Below, piece by piece: positions 41,181-50,356 of a stretch of DNA of 64,000 nucleotides. How positions within the stretch are numbered: position 1 is the first letter of the stretch; each line of letters opens with the position of its first letter. Below the pieces are notes generated by a model. The model was not told where the DNA came from and did no database searches. It worked only from the letters and a program-made list of their open reading frames with translations. Position numbers and translations under genes: made by a program. The stretch is taken from contig SHWG01000001.1 in NCBI GenBank assembly GCA_009693905.1, positions 2,682 to 66,681 on the forward strand. The letters are read 5' to 3'. The DNA is from Rhodospirillales bacterium (GTDB taxonomy: Bacteria; Pseudomonadota; Alphaproteobacteria; Rhodospirillales; 2-12-FULL-67-15).

Positions 41181-42698
41181 CTACCGTGGCGCGACGGCCG
41201 GGCGGGCCGCGGCCACCGCGGGACGCGGCGCTGGCGCCGGGGCGGCGGCGGGGCGGTGCGCGGCGGCGGTGCGCTCGGCTTTTTGGCGGGCGGACACATC
41301 CTCGTCCCACACAACCTCGTAGAGAGTGATGTCGCCGTCGAAGCCCTTCATGGCATAGCCGCCGCGATTGACGAATTTGTAATTCTTGCCGGCACACACC
41401 ATGCGCACCGAATCGGGCACGAAGATTTCGTTGGCCTTGGCCTTGTCGGTGATGCGCGCGGAGAGCTGCACGGTCGAACCGAACAGGTCGCCGTCCTCGG
41501 CGATGGGCTCGCCTGTATTCAGGCCGATCTTCAATTGGAGCGGCAGATCGGGGTAATCGCGGCAGTGGGCGGTGGTGTCCTTCTGAATCTGGATCGACGC
41601 TTCCACCGCGCCGGAAGCCTGGGCGAAGGACGCCATGATGCCGTCGCCGGTGTGCTTGATTTCGCGGCCGTTGAAGCGCGTCAGGGCCTGGCGAACGATG
41701 CGGTTGTGGGCGCGGACCACTTGCTGGGCCACCTGCTGGCCGCGCTCCTGGGTGAGTGCGGTCGAGCCGACCATGTCGGTGAACATGACGGTGATGACCT
41801 GGGATTGCTCCTCCTTCGGCTTCGGTTTCGACCAGTCGCCGATGGCGGCGGTGAGGTGCTTCAAGCCCTCGCCCTCGTCGGAGAAATAGGTGTTCATGGC
41901 GTTGCGGCCGGCCTGGAACATTTGCATGTAGCGCGCGTCCTGGAGGAGATAGCTTTCGTAGTTTCCGGCGAAGCCGAGCGCGTGATCGGGCTTGAAGCCG
42001 AGCGCCTGGACGGCGTCGCCGAGAATCCGGGTTTTCGCCATCGTGTCGAGATCTCTTTTCTGGGAAAGGATTTCGCACGCGCCGGCGAGGAACAGGTTGA
42101 GGCCGAACTTGGTGTAGCTGTCGAGCTTCTTGTGGGTGGTGGAAACCTGCTCCAGCGTGCGCCCCAAAAAGCGGAGGATGTAGGTCTTCTGCTTTTCGAC
42201 GTGCGGATTGAGCGGCGCGCCGCCGGTTTCCGCCGGCGCGGCCGCGGCTTCGGCGGGCGCGGCTCCGGCCTCGGCTTCGGCCATCGGCGATTCCTGGGCT
42301 TCCTTGGCCGCGTGATCCTGGAGAATTTCGGCCGCCGCCTCGCGCAGTTTCCGGGCGAGATCGTCGGGCGTGGGCTCGGGCCCTTCCTGCGGCATTTCCA
42401 CTTCGCTCGGCGCCGGCCGGGCGATCGGTTTCTTGGCCGGCTTCGGCTTGGCTCCGAACGCGGGCATTTCCTTTTGGTGCTCGGGGACGGCGATGCCCTT
42501 GCCGCCGAGCAGGATGGACGATGTGAACCCGGCGACCACCAGGAACGAGAGGACGAAGACGCCAAAGTAGAAGTTGTCGCCCGCATGCCCGACCACCGAA
42601 ATTCCCATGAAGGTCGGACCGGTGATGAACTGGCTGAGACCGAAGGCGGATCCCATCCCTCCGATGGCGCCGACGATCAGCACCGCCAGCAGCCGCAA
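41181..42698 (-). CDS. Membrane-anchored class III adenylate/guanylate cyclase
   Basis: N-terminal TM segments and an Ala/Pro/Glu-rich linker. Cyclase core VMFTDMVGSTAL..KHTGDGIMASF..KIGLNTGEP..GSTVQLSARI. Confidence 0.85.
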   Translation of the reverse strand: MRLLAVLIVGAIGGMGSAFGLSQFITGPTFMGISVVGHAGDNFYFGVFVLSFLVVAGFTSSILLGGKGIAVPEHQKEMPAFGAKPKPAKKPIARPAPSEVEMPQEGPEPTPDDLARKLREAAAEILQDHAAKEAQESPMAEAEAGAAPAEAAAAPAETGGAPLNPHVEKQKTYILRFLGRTLEQVSTTHKKLDSYTKFGLNLFLAGACEILSQKRDLDTMAKTRILGDAVQALGFKPDHALGFAGNYESYLLQDARYMQMFQAGRNAMNTYFSDEGEGLKHLTAAIGDWSKPKPKEEQSQVITVMFTDMVGSTALTQERGQQVAQQVVRAHNRIVRQALTRFNGREIKHTGDGIMASFAQASGAVEASIQIQKDTTAHCRDYPDLPLQLKIGLNTGEPIAEDGDLFGSTVQLSARITDKAKANEIFVPDSVRMVCAGKNYKFVNRGGYAMKGFDGDITLYEVVWDEDVSARQKAERTAAAHRPAAAPAPAPRPAVAAARPAVAPR

Positions 42699-42708
42699 TA
42701 GAATTCCG

Positions 42709-43092
42709 CTAAGCGTGCTTCGTCCCCTCTTCGCCGCCGCCTTGGGCTTGGCCGCCGGCCGCGCCCCCCGGGCCGCGCGGAGAGGGTTCGGGCTCCGCTT
42801 CGGCGTAGCTGGAGGCGCGCGGTTGCGGCGGGGCCGTCCGGCCCGGAGCCGTCTTGGCCGGGGCCGTCTCCATCTTGAGGCCCGCGCTCTTGTAGATGAT
42901 GTACTCGGAGCTGGAACCGCGCGCCTGATCGTAAACGTCCTTGACGACCTTGACCGCGCTGATGCCCGGGGTCTTTTCGAGCGACTTGGCTTCCTCGACC
43001 GCGGTGTCCTTTTTGGACACCGGAAAGCGGGCGTGGATGGTCCATCGCCCGTTTTGCTGGACCATGATCTCGAGATTGGTTTGAAGCCCCAT
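42709..43092 (-). CDS. Hypothetical protein upstream of the cyclase (folded ~80-aa N-domain plus disordered tail)
   Basis: MGLQTNLEIMVQQNGRWTIHARFPVSKKDTAVEEAKSLEK... Stop lies 10 nt before the cyclase start. Alternative ATG at 43137. Confidence 0.5.
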   Translation of the reverse strand: MGLQTNLEIMVQQNGRWTIHARFPVSKKDTAVEEAKSLEKTPGISAVKVVKDVYDQARGSSSEYIIYKSAGLKMETAPAKTAPGRTAPPQPRASSYAEAEPEPSPRGPGGAAGGQAQGGGEEGTKHA

Positions 43093-43390
43093 GGCGTACT
43101 CTGCGGCCGTATTCCCTTGCCGGGCGGGCACGATCACCCGCCCGGAAATTCCCGGTGCACGACGGCCAGGGGAGGCCGGAATTCTCTCCGGGATTTCCCG
43201 CGGGCGTTCGATTCTCGCCCAAGAGCAATTCTCGGCGCCGTTTTCTGGCGACCGTGTTCGGAAATGATCTTAACAAAAACATCCCGTCGGGAAACCCCCA
43301 TATGTCGATAACAATCGGGATTCGTTGAGATTTTCCAGCGCGACAGGGAAAAGATGGTAAATTCTCGGCCGGCGGGGCCAAGGGCGGGCG

Positions 43391-43615
43391 TCAACCCTTG
43401 AGGCCGAAGCTCTTGAAACGCTTGTTGAATTTCGCGAGCTGGCCGCCGCTGTCCACGAGCCGGTGGACGCCGGTCCAGGCGGGATGGGTCTTGGGATCAA
43501 TATCGAGTTTGAGCGTATCCCCGGCCTTGCCGTAGGTGGACCGGGTCTTGAAGCTCGATCCATCGGTCATGACGACCGAGATCTCGTGATATTCCGGATG
43601 AATGTTCTTTTTCAT
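43391..43615 (-). CDS. rpmE: 50S ribosomal protein L31
   Basis: [33 protein letters not shown]. Confidence 0.95.
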   Translation of the reverse strand: MKKNIHPEYHEISVVMTDGSSFKTRSTYGKAGDTLKLDIDPKTHPAWTGVHRLVDSGGQLAKFNKRFKSFGLKG

Positions 43616-43733
43616 GCGTTTGCTCCCGCGCGCGGGCGGCCTATATACAGACGACCCCCGGACCGCGCAAGGGGGCGAAGGGGAACCCCGGGAGGGGCGC
43701 GGAAAATGCAGCTTTCAGGGGCAGCGACAGAGC

Positions 43734-44060
43734 ATGACCGAAGCGGAATTTGAACGGCTCAGCGTCGCGACGCTTGCCCGCTTCGCCGAAATGCTGGAGC
43801 GGAAACTCGGCGACGCCGCCGAGGTCGATTTCCAAGACGGCATCCTCACCGTCGTCCTCGAACAGGGCGGCACGTACGTCATCAACCGGCACACCCCCAA
43901 CCGCCAGATCTGGCTGTCCTCGCCCCGGAGCGGGGCCGCTCACTACGGCTTTGACGCCGGCTGCAAAGCCTGGATCGACACCCGTTCGGGCCGCGCGCTC
44001 AGCCTCGTGCTCGGCGAAGAACTCGGTCCGATCGCGTCCGAACCGCTCGTCTTCGATTGA
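43734..44060 (+). CDS. cyaY: Frataxin homologue CyaY
   Basis: DFQDGILTVVLEQGGTYVINRHTPNRQIWLSSPRSGAAHY. Confidence 0.85.
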   Translation: MTEAEFERLSVATLARFAEMLERKLGDAAEVDFQDGILTVVLEQGGTYVINRHTPNRQIWLSSPRSGAAHYGFDAGCKAWIDTRSGRALSLVLGEELGPIASEPLVFD

Positions 44061-44061
44061 T

Positions 44062-45216
44062 TCATTTCTTGAGCACGCGCGGCGCGAGAACGGCCAGCAA
44101 CACCATGAGCAGCGCGCCGCCGAAATAAGGCGCGTCCTTGCTGATCAGGCCGAAGATCGCGCCCGCCCAGGCGGGCCCGAGCACGCGCCCAAGGGTGGCG
44201 GACGAGCGCGCGAATCCCATGACCCCGCCGCGCTCCCGTTCTCCCGCCTCGAGCGATATCAGGCTGTTGAGCGCGGGCGAAACCAGGCTGAACCCCGCGC
44301 CCGCCAGCGCCATCGCCGGGACGAGGGCATAAACGTTCCCGGCGAAAGGAATGGCGCCAAGCCCGAGCGCCAGCAAGATCGCGCCGATCAAAACCAAACG
44401 CCGTTCGCCGAAGCGCGCCGTCAGGCGCCCGATCGCTCCGCCCTGGATGGCGGCGCTGAGAATTCCGATGAAGGCGAAGAGATAGCCGTTTTGCTCCGGC
44501 CCCCAGCCGAACTGGCGCTGGGACCAAATGGCGAAGGTCGCTTCCATGCCGGCGAAGACGAAGGTCGCGAGAAACATCAGCCCGATCATCCCGTTCAGGC
44601 GCGGGCGCCGGAGCATTTCAAGCCACGTTCCGGACGCCGGCGCGCCCGGCCCTCGCGCCCGCGCTTCGGGGGACAGCGATTCGGGCAGACGAAACCAGGC
44701 GAGCGCGAAGGCCAACGCCGAAAGCAGGGCGGCGGCGAGCGCGGGGGTTTGAAAATCCGCCGCCGCCGGGTCCGGGCCGGCGAGCAGGCCGCCGATCGCC
44801 GGTCCGGCGATGAAGCCGAGACCGAAGGCCGCGCCGACGATCCCCATGCCGCGGGCGCGCGTCTCGGGTGCGGTGATGTCGGCGATGTAGGCAAACGCGG
44901 TCGAGATGTTGCCGGCCATGAACCCGGTCAAGATGCGCACCGCGAACAGCCCTGCCAGGGTCTCGATCGAGGCGAGCGCCACGTATCCGGCGACCATGCC
45001 GAGTAGCGTCACCAGCAGCACCGGCCGCCGCCCGATCCGGTCGCTGATCCGCCCCCACACCGGCGCCGCCACCAGTTGCGCCGCGGAATAGGACGCCATC
45101 ACCAGCCCGACCTCGAAGGGCGATGCGCCGAAATGCTCGGCGAAAAACGGCAACAGCGGGATGATGATTCCGAAACCGATCAAGTCCACGAGGACGATGA
45201 GGAATAAAGCGGACAT
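44062..45216 (-). CDS. MFS transporter (TetA/TCR-like)
   Basis: DLIGFGIIIPLLPFFAE, GRISDRIGRRPVLL motif A; 12 TM pattern. Confidence 0.85.
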   Translation of the reverse strand: MSALFLIVLVDLIGFGIIIPLLPFFAEHFGASPFEVGLVMASYSAAQLVAAPVWGRISDRIGRRPVLLVTLLGMVAGYVALASIETLAGLFAVRILTGFMAGNISTAFAYIADITAPETRARGMGIVGAAFGLGFIAGPAIGGLLAGPDPAAADFQTPALAAALLSALAFALAWFRLPESLSPEARARGPGAPASGTWLEMLRRPRLNGMIGLMFLATFVFAGMEATFAIWSQRQFGWGPEQNGYLFAFIGILSAAIQGGAIGRLTARFGERRLVLIGAILLALGLGAIPFAGNVYALVPAMALAGAGFSLVSPALNSLISLEAGERERGGVMGFARSSATLGRVLGPAWAGAIFGLISKDAPYFGGALLMVLLAVLAPRVLKK

Positions 45217-45250
45217 GGGTGTGGGGGAAATGGAGCGCGGAGGGAATGGG

Positions 45251-46402
45251 TCAGCGTTCGGTGAGCTTGATCTCGATCCGCCGGTTGCGGCGATAGGCGA
45301 TCTCGTCGCGCCGTTCGTCCAGGGGATGATACTCGCCGAAACCGGCGGCGGCGAGTCGGTTGGCGGGCAGCCCTCGCGTCATCAGGAACCGGAGCACCGA
45401 AAGGGCGCGGGCCGACGACAGTTCCCAGTTGGAGGGATAGCGGGGCGTGGCGATGGGAACGCGGTCGGTGTGCCCGTCGATTCTGAGCACCCAATCGATG
45501 TCGGCGGGAATTCGCTGGCTGAGCTCGGCGAGCAGGGCGGCGAGGCGGGCGAGCTGCTCGGCGCCGCCGGCGCCGATATCGGCCGAGCCGGTCTCGAACA
45601 GGACTTCGGATTGGAGCACGAACCGGTCGCCGACGATGCGAATGTCGGGATGATCGCCCAGCACCTCGCGCAACCGGCCGAAGAACTCGGAGCGGTAACG
45701 GGAAAGCTCCTGCACTTTGCCGGCGAGCGCGGCATTGAGCCGGCTGCCGAGCGCGCTGACCTGCGCTTTTTGCTCGGCCGTAAGTTTTTCGGAGGCTTGC
45801 AGCGCCTCGTTGAGGCGCGCGAGCTGCTCGTTGAGCGCGGCCATCTGGCGATTCAGCAGCGCGACCTGGGCTCGCGCGCTCTCGGAAACCTTTCGTTCCT
45901 CGATCAAGTTCCGATCCGTGGTCTCGACCCTGGCGGCGAGGCCGGCGGCCTTCTTTTCCAATTCGTCGCGCAACGCCGTGAGCGCGGCGATGTCGGCGAC
46001 CACGCGCGCGACTTTTTCCTGGGCCTCGGCGGTGGCGGCGCGCGACGCGCGCAAGTCGCGATCGGTCTCGTCGAGCTTGAGCCCGAGCGCGCGGGTCCGC
46101 TCCGCCAAATCGTCGCGGGCGGAGACCGAAGACTCGAACTCCTGGGACATTTGCGCGATGTTGCCGCGCAGTTCCTGGTTCGCCTTGCGCTCGAGCGACA
46201 GGAGTTCGGCCAGATCCCCCATGTCGCCCTGGAGCCGGCGCAGCGCGTTGTCGCGCCCGAGCAGCGCCTCGCCGAGAAAAAACTGGGCGAGCACGAACAG
46301 GGTCAAAAGGAAAACCAGCGCGAGCAGGAGCGTCGTCAGGGCGTCGACGAAACCGGGCCAGATGTTGACGTCGCGCTGCGAGCGGCGGGAGGCGAGGGTC
46401 AT
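45251..46402 (-). CDS. MotB-like protein: TM helix with conserved Asp, long coiled coil, OmpA-type peptidoglycan-binding domain
   Basis: NIWPGFVDALTTLLLALVFLL (compare TolR in this window: NVTPMVDVMLVLLIIF). About 190 aa of heptad-like sequence. C-terminal GHTDRVPI..NWELSSARALSV..NRRIEI. Confidence 0.75.
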   Translation of the reverse strand: MTLASRRSQRDVNIWPGFVDALTTLLLALVFLLTLFVLAQFFLGEALLGRDNALRRLQGDMGDLAELLSLERKANQELRGNIAQMSQEFESSVSARDDLAERTRALGLKLDETDRDLRASRAATAEAQEKVARVVADIAALTALRDELEKKAAGLAARVETTDRNLIEERKVSESARAQVALLNRQMAALNEQLARLNEALQASEKLTAEQKAQVSALGSRLNAALAGKVQELSRYRSEFFGRLREVLGDHPDIRIVGDRFVLQSEVLFETGSADIGAGGAEQLARLAALLAELSQRIPADIDWVLRIDGHTDRVPIATPRYPSNWELSSARALSVLRFLMTRGLPANRLAAAGFGEYHPLDERRDEIAYRRNRRIEIKLTER

Positions 46403-46415
46403 GACCGTGCCCGGC

Positions 46416-47561
46416 CTAGCGCCCGCCGGCGTCGGAGGCCGCCGCGATGGTCCGGGCGAGCAACTTGATTTCGCTGCGAACCTGGCCGACCAGGTGCTCC
46501 CGCCCGGCGCGGGTTTCCTCGACCAGCTTGGAGAGCTGGAGATCGAGGTTGCGGATGTGGCCCCGGGTCACGTCGTCCATTCCGCCCGCGCCGCCGCGCC
46601 CGCCGGCGTCCGCGATCTTGGCGAGGATTTGCTTCAATTCGTTGTGCGATTCGGCGAGCGCGCGCATCAAGCTCTGTTCGGTGCGCATGTGGTCGGTAAG
46701 CGTCGAAAGCCCGGTCCCGAGCGCGGTCAAGGCGGCGTGGCCTTGGGCGCGGGTTTCCTCGCCGCGCGCGATGGTGCGCTGGAGGCCATCGAGGCTCTCG
46801 GCGGTTTGTTCGAGCAAGGCCTGGACGTAGGACGGAACCGATTGATCGCCGTCGGTCGAAGCAAGGCCGCTGGAGAGCCGCGTCTGGCCCGCGAGCCAAT
46901 CCTCGAGCTCGGTGAAGAAGTGGTTCTGCGCCTGGCCGGCCTGAAGATCGAGGAAGCCGAGCACGAGCGACGCCGCCAAGCCGAACAGCGAGGACGAGAA
47001 CGCGGTGCCCATGCCCGCAAGCGGGGATTCGAGGCCCTTCTTGAGATCGGAGAACATCGCGGCCGCGTCGCCCGAGCCGACGCTGAGCCCCGCGATCACG
47101 TTGCGGATCGAGGACATGGTTTCGAGCAGCCCCCAGAAGGTGCCGAGCAGGCCGAGAAAGATGAGCAGCCCGACCATGTAGCGCGAGATGTCGCGCGATT
47201 CGTCGAGCCGGGCGGAGATGCCGTCGAGCACCGATCGGGTGGCGAGCGCCGAGAGGGTGAGCCGTCCGCTCCGCTCGCGCAGCATGGCGGCCATCGGCGC
47301 GAGCAGCCGGATCGGGCGGGAATCCGAAAGCTGCGACCGGTCGCTGCGGAAACTCTCGAGCCACGTCAGCTCGGGGTAGAGCATCAAGACTTGGCGGAAA
47401 TTGAACAGGATGCCGAGGAGAAAGACGCCGAGGATCAACCCGTTGAGCGGAGGATTGGCGAGAAAGGCGTTGCGGATCGGCGCGAACGAGAACGCGACCA
47501 ACACGAACCCCACGGCCAGAAACACCGCCATGCGGATGAGGAAACGACGCGGACGAGCCAT
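46416..47561 (-). CDS. MotA/TolQ/ExbB-family channel protein with a ~170-aa C-terminal coiled-coil tail
   Basis: TM helices include LLIFLGLLGTFWGLLETM and GMGTAFSSSLFGLAASLVLGFLD. The tail is helical and rich in L, E, R and Q. Stop lies 13 nt before the MotB-like start. Confidence 0.75.
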   Translation of the reverse strand: MARPRRFLIRMAVFLAVGFVLVAFSFAPIRNAFLANPPLNGLILGVFLLGILFNFRQVLMLYPELTWLESFRSDRSQLSDSRPIRLLAPMAAMLRERSGRLTLSALATRSVLDGISARLDESRDISRYMVGLLIFLGLLGTFWGLLETMSSIRNVIAGLSVGSGDAAAMFSDLKKGLESPLAGMGTAFSSSLFGLAASLVLGFLDLQAGQAQNHFFTELEDWLAGQTRLSSGLASTDGDQSVPSYVQALLEQTAESLDGLQRTIARGEETRAQGHAALTALGTGLSTLTDHMRTEQSLMRALAESHNELKQILAKIADAGGRGGAGGMDDVTRGHIRNLDLQLSKLVEETRAGREHLVGQVRSEIKLLARTIAAASDAGGR

Positions 47562-47611
47562 GCTTCGCCCTCTTTGGAATGTTCGACCGGCGGGATCGCG
47601 GCGACGGTCCG

Positions 47612-48727
47612 TCAGCGATCGCCGAACGACAGATCGACCCGGTTCGCGGGTAGGTCCGGAACCTTGTCGCCAATGGCGCGCACGTCGATCCGGGTGGAGC
47701 GCACGCCGTTATCGATCAGGAACGTGCGCACGGCCAGCGCGCGCGAGAGCGCGAGCCGCCTAGCCGCGCTGGAGGATAGATCGTCCCCGGCGGCGTAGGC
47801 AACGAGCTGCAACCGCAAGCTCTCCTGCGCCTTCATGCGCTCGGCGAGTTCCTTGAGGCCGCCGTGCGCCGACGCCGGAAGCGCGCTCGCGCCGGCGGCA
47901 AACGCGATCTGCATGGCCCGGGCCGCGCCCGGGGCGACGGGAAGCGCGGCCTGGCTCGGCGCCTGGGCCGCGGGCGCTGGCTGTTGTGCCGCGGGCGCTG
48001 GCGGGGCCGAGGCCGAGGCGGGAGGCGGAACGGGAAGGGAGGCGACCGGATCCGGAGCGGGCGGAGCGATGGGGCGCGGCGCGGGGGCGGCCGGCGGGGC
48101 CGCGGCCACGGGCGGAGGCGGCGGCGGCGCGGCGGGTTGCGCCACGGGCTCGGTGGCGTGTGCCGGTGGCGGCGAAGGCGAGGGCGCCGGCATAACCGCG
48201 ACGACCGGCGGCGCCGGCGGCAGCATCGGGATTCCGGGCGGCGGGGCGGGAGCGGCGGCGAGCCTTTCGACCGGGGCCCGAGGCGCCCGCGCCGGAGCCT
48301 GGGCGGCTGCCTGGGGGGCGGTCCCGCCGGGAGGCGGGCCGACTTTAGCTTGCCGCACGGATTCGCTCGTGGCGGCCCGGCTCTTGGCCGCGGGCGCGGG
48401 TGGCCGCGCGAGCTGGGCGGTTTGGCCGGAGGGCGCGCCCAGGCCATGGAAGCGGGAGCGCGGCATTTCGGGTCCCGGCATTTGCAAGGGGCCGCCGGCG
48501 CGGGGAACGACCCCGGCCGCGGGCAGGGGCGCGGTGCGCCGGCCAAAGCCGCCGTCGTCGATCACGCTCAAGTCGATGAAAACCGAGGCGTCGTCGTAAT
48601 AGGGGCCGGCGCCCTGGGCGGCGGCGTCGGAAGCGAACGCGAGGGCGGCGAAGACTAGGGCAACGCGCGCGCTCAAGCTTCCCGCACGATCTTCACGCCG
48701 GCTCGACATTGATTTCTTATATCCCAT
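47612..48727 (-). CDS. Secreted proline-rich protein with a degenerate OmpA-like C-terminal domain
   Basis: Signal-peptide-like ARVALVFAALAFASDAAAQ, about 150 aa of Pro/Ala low complexity, then LQLVAYAAGDD..ARRLALSRALAVRTFLIDNGV..ANRVDL. ggagg precedes the ATG at 48727. Confidence 0.62.
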   Translation of the reverse strand: MGYKKSMSSRREDRAGSLSARVALVFAALAFASDAAAQGAGPYYDDASVFIDLSVIDDGGFGRRTAPLPAAGVVPRAGGPLQMPGPEMPRSRFHGLGAPSGQTAQLARPPAPAAKSRAATSESVRQAKVGPPPGGTAPQAAAQAPARAPRAPVERLAAAPAPPPGIPMLPPAPPVVAVMPAPSPSPPPAHATEPVAQPAAPPPPPPVAAAPPAAPAPRPIAPPAPDPVASLPVPPPASASAPPAPAAQQPAPAAQAPSQAALPVAPGAARAMQIAFAAGASALPASAHGGLKELAERMKAQESLRLQLVAYAAGDDLSSSAARRLALSRALAVRTFLIDNGVRSTRIDVRAIGDKVPDLPANRVDLSFGDR

Positions 48728-48830
48728 TTCCGCCTCCCCCGAACCTTGAGGCGATTCTAAACCAAACTCACCATAAACCAAGGCCATCGCGCCGCACAAC
48801 CGCATAAGGCCGGCGGCGAGATGCGTTCAT

Positions 48831-48910
48831 CTCGTCATTCCCGCGAAAGCGGGAATCCAGCTTTTTTTCAAGTACCTGGACCCCCGCTTGCGCGGGGGTG
48901 ACGATTCCCG
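48831..48910. repeat. REP-like repeat (family shared with 57296-57420, opposite orientation)
   Basis: Hairpins attcccgc-gaaa-gcgggaat and cccccgc-ttgc-gcggggg around a T7 run. Translates to the junk peptide PAQAGVQ..LDSRFRGNDE. Confidence 0.6.
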
Positions 48911-48927
48911 CCGAACGCGACCTGCCT

Positions 48928-49722
48928 CTAGCGGCAAGCGCGCAGCAGCTCTCCGAGAGAATCATGGAGCGAATCGTTGGCGGCGAGAATGTCGCCGCTC
49001 GCCATCATGGTCGGTCCGCCGGCGAGATCGGTGACGAACCCGCCGGCCTCGCGCACCAGCACGATGCCGGCGGCCATGTCCCACGGCTGCAAGCCGGTTT
49101 CCCAGAAACCGTCGTAGCGGCCGGCGGCGATGTAGGCGAGATCGAGCGCCGCCGAGCCGAACCGCCGCACCCCGGCCGAGACCGCCATCACCCGGGCGAG
49201 CTGGCGCAGGAACAGCTCGTGGTCGCGCCGGCCGGAAAAGGGAATCCCGGTGGCGAACAGCGCAATATCCATGTCCCGGCGCGCCGCGACCCGGAGCCGC
49301 CGACCGTTGAGATACGCGCCCTGGCCTTTTTCCGCCCAGTAGAGCTCGTCGCTGATCGGGTTGTAGATGACGCCCGCGATCAGCTCGCCATCGCGCTCGA
49401 GCGCGACCGAGACGGCGAAGTGGGGAATGCCGTGGAGAAAATTGGTGGTCCCGTCGAGCGGATCGACGATCCAGCGGTTTGACGTATCGGCTCCCACGCT
49501 TGCGCCGCTTTCTTCCATCAGGAAACCGTAGTTTGGGCGAACGCGGCTGAGTTCCTCGCGCACGACCCGCTCGGCCTTGTGGTCGGCTTGGGACACGAAG
49601 TCGGACGGGCTTTTCTTGGCGACCTGGAGATGTTCGACCTCGCCGAAGTCGCGCACCAGGGCGCGGCCCGCTTTCTTCGCGGCGGCGGTCATGACGGTGA
49701 TCAGGGCCGAGCGCGGGGTCAT
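48928..49722 (-). CDS. suhB: Inositol monophosphatase family protein
   Basis: FLMEESG, WIVDPLDGTTNF, WDMAAG. Confidence 0.9.
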   Translation of the reverse strand: MTPRSALITVMTAAAKKAGRALVRDFGEVEHLQVAKKSPSDFVSQADHKAERVVREELSRVRPNYGFLMEESGASVGADTSNRWIVDPLDGTTNFLHGIPHFAVSVALERDGELIAGVIYNPISDELYWAEKGQGAYLNGRRLRVAARRDMDIALFATGIPFSGRRDHELFLRQLARVMAVSAGVRRFGSAALDLAYIAAGRYDGFWETGLQPWDMAAGIVLVREAGGFVTDLAGGPTMMASGDILAANDSLHDSLGELLRACR

Positions 49723-49735
49723 CGGTCGTTCTCTT

Positions 49736-50302
49736 TCAAGACTTGGCGCGCTCGACGTAAGCGACTTCCTCGGTGTTGACGACGACGCGGGTGCCCGCCT
49801 CGACGAACGGAGGCACCATGATGCGCACGCCATTCGACAACATCGCCGGCTTGTAGGACGAGGCCGCGGTCTGGCCCCTGACCACCGGATCGGCCTCGGT
49901 CACTTCCAGCACCACCGTCTGCGGCAGATGCACGGCGACCGGACGGCCCTCGATCAAGTCCACGCTGACGTGCATGTTTTCCTGCAGAAACGCGGCCGCC
50001 GCGCCGAGCAGTTCCCGGGGCAGCGTGGTCTGCTCGTAGTTTTCCGAATCCATGAAGGTCAGCATGTTGCCCTCGGCGAAGAGATAGGCGTATTCGCGCG
50101 AGTCGACGCTCAGCTTCTCGACCGTGTCCTGGGTGCGCCAGCGCTCGTTGCTCTTGACGCCGCTCGCGACGTCGCGCATCTCGACCTGGATGAACGCGCC
50201 GCCCTTGCCCGGCTGAATGAGCTGGATCTTCAGCACCGACCATTGCTTGCCCTCGTGCTCGATGACGTTGCCGGGGCGGATGTTGTTGGCCTGGATTTTC
50301 AT
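49736..50302 (-). CDS. efp: Elongation factor P
   Basis: MKIQANNIRPGNVIEHEGKQW..IQPGKGGAFIQVEMRD; the modifiable Lys is in the PGKGGA loop. Confidence 0.97.
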   Translation of the reverse strand: MKIQANNIRPGNVIEHEGKQWSVLKIQLIQPGKGGAFIQVEMRDVASGVKSNERWRTQDTVEKLSVDSREYAYLFAEGNMLTFMDSENYEQTTLPRELLGAAAAFLQENMHVSVDLIEGRPVAVHLPQTVVLEVTEADPVVRGQTAASSYKPAMLSNGVRIMVPPFVEAGTRVVVNTEEVAYVERAKS

Positions 50303-50356
50303 GGCGGCGCTTTCTATCAGCCGCGCCCGGGGCTGGCAACGCCTAGGGGCGAAGAA

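Noticed and set aside
40394-41329. 311-aa plus-strand ORF spanning the candidate sRNA, its terminator and the thioesterase gene out of frame.
   Set aside because: It reads straight through a strong intrinsic terminator and REP-type hairpins, and its composition is Arg/Pro-rich junk. The thioesterase frame (40692-41171) carries the hotdog-fold motifs.
47950-48400. Highly repetitive GC-rich stretch that could be mistaken for a tandem-repeat array. A similar stretch occurs at 62210-62340.
   Set aside because: Both are in-frame Pro/Ala low-complexity spacers, of the OmpA-like protein and TolA respectively. They show no regular repeat-spacer periodicity and are not CRISPR.
45251-48727. Calling the MotA/MotB-like operon a Zorya anti-phage system.
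   Set aside because: No ZorC/ZorD/ZorE/ZorF/ZorG-like gene (helicase, nuclease, HNH) lies adjacent, and the MotA-like tail is far shorter than ZorA tails. Only the architectural analogy is retained in the finding.
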